Positions 31,128-33,715 of a stretch of DNA of 33,715 bases are shown in pieces (position 1 is the first letter of the stretch; each line of letters starts with the position of its first letter). Where the stretch lies: contig JABLTG010000195.1 in NCBI GenBank assembly GCA_016618085.1, positions 1 through 33,715 on the forward strand. Direction: 5' to 3'. A program made the position numbers and the translations under genes. Origin of the DNA: Neovahlkampfia damariscottae. Lineage: Eukaryota. The notes below the pieces were generated by a model. It had not been told where the DNA came from. It saw only the letters and a list, made by a program, of their open reading frames with translations, and made no database searches.

Positions 31128-31310
31128 AAAATTCAGAATATTTGAAGGTAAGAAATAAATATTTAAACAATTTGGTTGAAGAAATGAAAATAATTAATGT
31201 TGCAAAATCAATAATAAAAATGAATAAACATAATAATTCTCATTATGTTCGACACTTTATTAATAGATGATATTAATATTATTTAATTAAATTTTAAATA
31301 TATGGAATAC

Positions 31311-31344
31311 TTAAAAATTAAAAATATAGTAATAATATAGAATG
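31311..31344 (+). promoter_or_regulatory. Putative viral promoter motif (second copy at 30958-30992)
   Basis: TTAAAAATTAAAAATATAGTAATAATATAGAATG versus TTAAAAATGAAGAATATAGTGATAATATTATAATG: 25 of the first 28 positions are identical and both end in ATG. Confidence 0.55.
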
Positions 31345-31629
31345 GATTATACGAAATATTTTAAAGGAAAAACTGGATATTTAGAACCTGAAGTGGAAAA
31401 CATTATTGAAAAACAAGAAGAAGAAATTAATGAATTAAAAAAAGAAATAAAGTATTTAAAAGAATTATATTTTGTACCACCATCGTTGTTTGATATACGA
31501 TTGGGAAAATATCAAAGATTGATAAGAGGTAAAAATGACAAAATTATTGGAGAACACACTGTGATTGCAGAAAAAGATTATTACTCACCAGAAAAAATAA
31601 ATAGAATCAATAAAATTGAACCAAATTAA
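31342..31629 (+). CDS. Hypothetical protein with a short coiled coil (element-associated), 95 aa
   Basis: Clean ATG-TAA ORF directly behind the repeated upstream motif. Confidence 0.6.
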   Translation: MDYTKYFKGKTGYLEPEVENIIEKQEEEINELKKEIKYLKELYFVPPSLFDIRLGKYQRLIRGKNDKIIGEHTVIAEKDYYSPEKINRINKIEPN

Positions 31630-31654
31630 TATTATTTTAAATGAACAATATTAA

Positions 31655-32668
31655 TTACAAATACATCAAACTTCCACCAAATCTATTATTTTTAACCTTA
31701 TATTTAGCCATTAAACCAGCACCATATAACACGTGATTAAAGAAACCAGAGACATCTGTAACTCCTTGAATAAATTTTTGTGTAAATGTTGGTAATGAAT
31801 TAATTAGGTCTCCAGCCTGTTGCATTACAAATCCTTTAATTTCATTGTTCATCATCCCTGAATTTTCAAGTAAATCATAGATGAACAGTTGGCAATTTGT
31901 TGATTTTGCACTATACAAATACAATCTTTCTTTTCCAACTTTGTTCAATGCTCTTTGGTGCATTTGATTAAGATTAAAAGGAACAACTTCCCGATAATTA
32001 GTAAGATGAATAGATTTTGCTTTTTGATAACTTGATGGTTCAACCATATTGATGCTTAGAACCTCGTTTTTTTCTACCCTCACATATTGACCAGAAACTA
32101 ATCTGCAAATCATAAAAAGATGAAACATAGAGTCATAATTTAATTTTGCTTTGGTTCTATCCCATTGACCAAATGAAATTGTATTCAAAATTGTATTGAA
32201 TGTTTCCTGAATTGGGGTTTTACAAACTAAAATGCTTTCAATTGACAGATTTCCAAAGTTTTCCAAAAAAGTTCGGTAATAAGGTGGAGCATTGCAACCT
32301 GCACAACCTGCAAATTTAAATACATCTTCTGGATTATTTATTTTGACGATATTATTGTCTTTATCCATTAACATATTACAACAAGGTTTGTAATTGTCAT
32401 TTAATTTATTTATTACATTTGAAACAGTATTAATAGGGTATTTGTGTAAGAAATGAGCATAATTTAAATTTTTCTTATCATAATGATAAACATTGATTAT
32501 AAATTCGCATTCTTCGTCATATAATTGAATGTAATTGTTGAATTCTTGTAATATTTTGCAATCATCAAAACCTATTTTTGTTTGTTTCATTGATGTTGTT
32601 GAAATAAAATCTAATTCATCAGAAGTTTGTTTTACTAAAGTGTAATAATTTGGTAATTCTATATTCAT
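31655..32668 (-). CDS. Permuted papain-like (PPPDE/LRAT-type) protein of probable viral origin, 337 aa
   Basis: His before Cys: YDSMFHLFM..VEKNEVL..LYSAKSTNCQLF. C-terminal LYGAG and FGGS motifs. Confidence 0.6.
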   Translation of the reverse strand: MNIELPNYYTLVKQTSDELDFISTTSMKQTKIGFDDCKILQEFNNYIQLYDEECEFIINVYHYDKKNLNYAHFLHKYPINTVSNVINKLNDNYKPCCNMLMDKDNNIVKINNPEDVFKFAGCAGCNAPPYYRTFLENFGNLSIESILVCKTPIQETFNTILNTISFGQWDRTKAKLNYDSMFHLFMICRLVSGQYVRVEKNEVLSINMVEPSSYQKAKSIHLTNYREVVPFNLNQMHQRALNKVGKERLYLYSAKSTNCQLFIYDLLENSGMMNNEIKGFVMQQAGDLINSLPTFTQKFIQGVTDVSGFFNHVLYGAGLMAKYKVKNNRFGGSLMYL

Positions 32669-32684
32669 ATATAATTAGGAAAGA

Positions 32685-33395
32685 TTAATGTGTTTCTTGT
32701 GATTTAATGAATTTTCTGTAGGCGTTTGCCAAATTTTTTAAACCGACTGCATCATCATTCTTTTCAGTGCTTTTTTGTATTTGTTTATCTGCTACAAGAT
32801 TTTTAATTTTATGTTGTGGTTCTTTTGATTGTTTAATATCTGAGGCATAATCAAAATGTTGTTCATTATTGTCACCATCATCATAAATATTGACAATTTT
32901 TTTTGTTGTTTTTCTGATTGGCGATTTAAAATTGCTTTTTGCAATGTTCATTAATTTGTTTTCTATTTTTCGTTGTTCATCAACTTCACCTAATCCCAAC
33001 ATAAAATTTTCATTTAATTTAACTTTTTCACCAGATTTTTGCAAATCAACAAATTTTTTATCAATTTTACTTATTTTATTTTTTTTAACTTTTGTTTCAA
33101 ACCCAATAGGTTTATCATTTTGTTTTTTAATCATTTTTGCTGATTTGTCTAGCAATTTTTTTGTTTTTTCTTGTTTTGATAATTCTTCATCTCCTGTGAT
33201 TCTTTGTTTCAATTTTTCATATTCTTCTTCAGCTTCTCGTTGCCTTCTCAAGTTTTCGAGATTTTGAATCAATTCTTTTTGTTCTTTTGTTGCATTTGCA
33301 GGAGCTTTTAATGTATTTAAGTCAAATAAATTGATACTGAGCATTCTACTAATTTCAATTAAATCATCTTTCGACAGCTCGTGTTGAACTATCAT
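32685..33395 (-). CDS. Lys/Glu-rich hypothetical protein (element-associated; 5' end possibly lost), 236 aa
   Basis: Long open frame with a coiled-coil segment. Its first codons overlap the broken end of the polymerase ORF. Confidence 0.55.
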   Translation of the reverse strand: MIVQHELSKDDLIEISRMLSINLFDLNTLKAPANATKEQKELIQNLENLRRQREAEEEYEKLKQRITGDEELSKQEKTKKLLDKSAKMIKKQNDKPIGFETKVKKNKISKIDKKFVDLQKSGEKVKLNENFMLGLGEVDEQRKIENKLMNIAKSNFKSPIRKTTKKIVNIYDDGDNNEQHFDYASDIKQSKEPQHKIKNLVADKQIQKSTEKNDDAVGLKNLANAYRKFIKSQETH

Positions 33396-33714
33396 AAATT
33401 AATGCATTTGCTTGTCCATCTTGAATTAATTTTATTTTACAATTCATTTTAATTGCTGTTTGAATGTCAAAATGAGTATAATAATTTAATTTGTTTCTTC
33501 GGAATAATCTTTCATCAAAATCTGTTATTTCACATCTATAAATTCCATAATTTATTATTTCTCCAAATTCTTTAATATTTGTAAATTGACCTTGTTTTAT
33601 TGGAAATGAGAATTTTTTCATTATGAATGGATACATTGAATTGAAATCATAACATTTAACATTTTTATATTCTCCCTTTTTTGCATACATTAAACCACCT
33701 TTTGTTGAATTAAT
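33364..33714 (-). CDS. Family B DNA polymerase, probably protein-primed, internal fragment; truncated before motifs B and C
   Basis: The frame is open to the window edge: INSTKGGLMYAKKGEYKNVKCYDFNSMYPFIMKKFSFP (xxGG motif plus motif A DxxSxYP), then YGIYRCEI and NYYTHFDI. It stops about 90 aa after motif A. Confidence 0.85.
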   Translation of the reverse strand: MNSTKGGLMYAKKGEYKNVKCYDFNSMYPFIMKKFSFPIKQGQFTNIKEFGEIINYGIYRCEITDFDERLFRRNKLNYYTHFDIQTAIKMNCKIKLIQDGQANALIYDSSTRAVER

Positions 33715-33715
33715 T

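Larger units (their letters stand above)
30958..33715. mobile_element. Endogenous Polinton-like virus / Maverick-type segment (partial, probably defective; left border between ~30138 and ~30958)
   Basis: Family-B polymerase fragment, permuted papain-like ORF, tightly packed intronless ORFs, and TATA-rich upstream motifs in place of host CCAAT boxes. No capsid, packaging ATPase or integrase gene lies in the window. Confidence 0.65.

Noticed and set aside
3470..33267. Many 60-125 aa ORFs nested in or antisense to long genes (e.g. 3470, 3859, 8132, 9227, 15111, 28667, 32890)
   Set aside because: Off-frame or antisense by-products of AT-rich codon usage with no independent evidence.
1006..33715. 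Alternative genetic code (TAA/TAG or TGA reassigned) explaining the fragmented ORFs
   Set aside because: Conserved genes end at TAA or TGA at the expected positions, and short introns explain the breaks.
1..33715. tRNA, rRNA or telomeric repeats
   Set aside because: No cloverleaf, rRNA-like conserved tract or telomere-type tandem array was recognised by eye; tRNAscan-SE and Infernal were not run.

Overview
The window has three compositionally different parts. (1) Bases 1-~1005 are very GC-rich bacterial DNA, Rubrobacter/actinobacterial-like by inference: the 3' part of a PuuD-like glutamine amidotransferase, tmk, and the 5' end of holB. (2) It joins abruptly, mid-gene on both sides, to about 29 kb of gene-dense, very AT-rich protist DNA with the standard code, 29-38 nt GT-AG introns and CCAATCA promoter boxes (heterolobosean-like by inference). 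This part encodes SNW1/SKIP, UTP15, Elongin C, a p24 protein, a GT49 glycosyltransferase, and RGS, DUF4116, DUF4326 and kelch proteins. It also holds an intronless block of two tandem ~1,130-aa signal-peptide proteins with an intact ATP-grasp core, plus a RING-TerD-like protein of a mostly bacterial family. (3) From ~30.1-31.0 kb to the end lies a probable endogenous Polinton-like virus/Maverick-type segment. It has a truncated family-B polymerase, a permuted papain-like protein, its own upstream motif, duplicated 117-bp units and a predicted pseudoknotted element. The best novelty candidates are the secreted ATP-grasp pair and the viral segment with its border. Some frameshifts fall in homopolymers, so sequencing error and assembly chimerism remain real alternatives. 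All family assignments come from motif recognition by eye; no searches were run.
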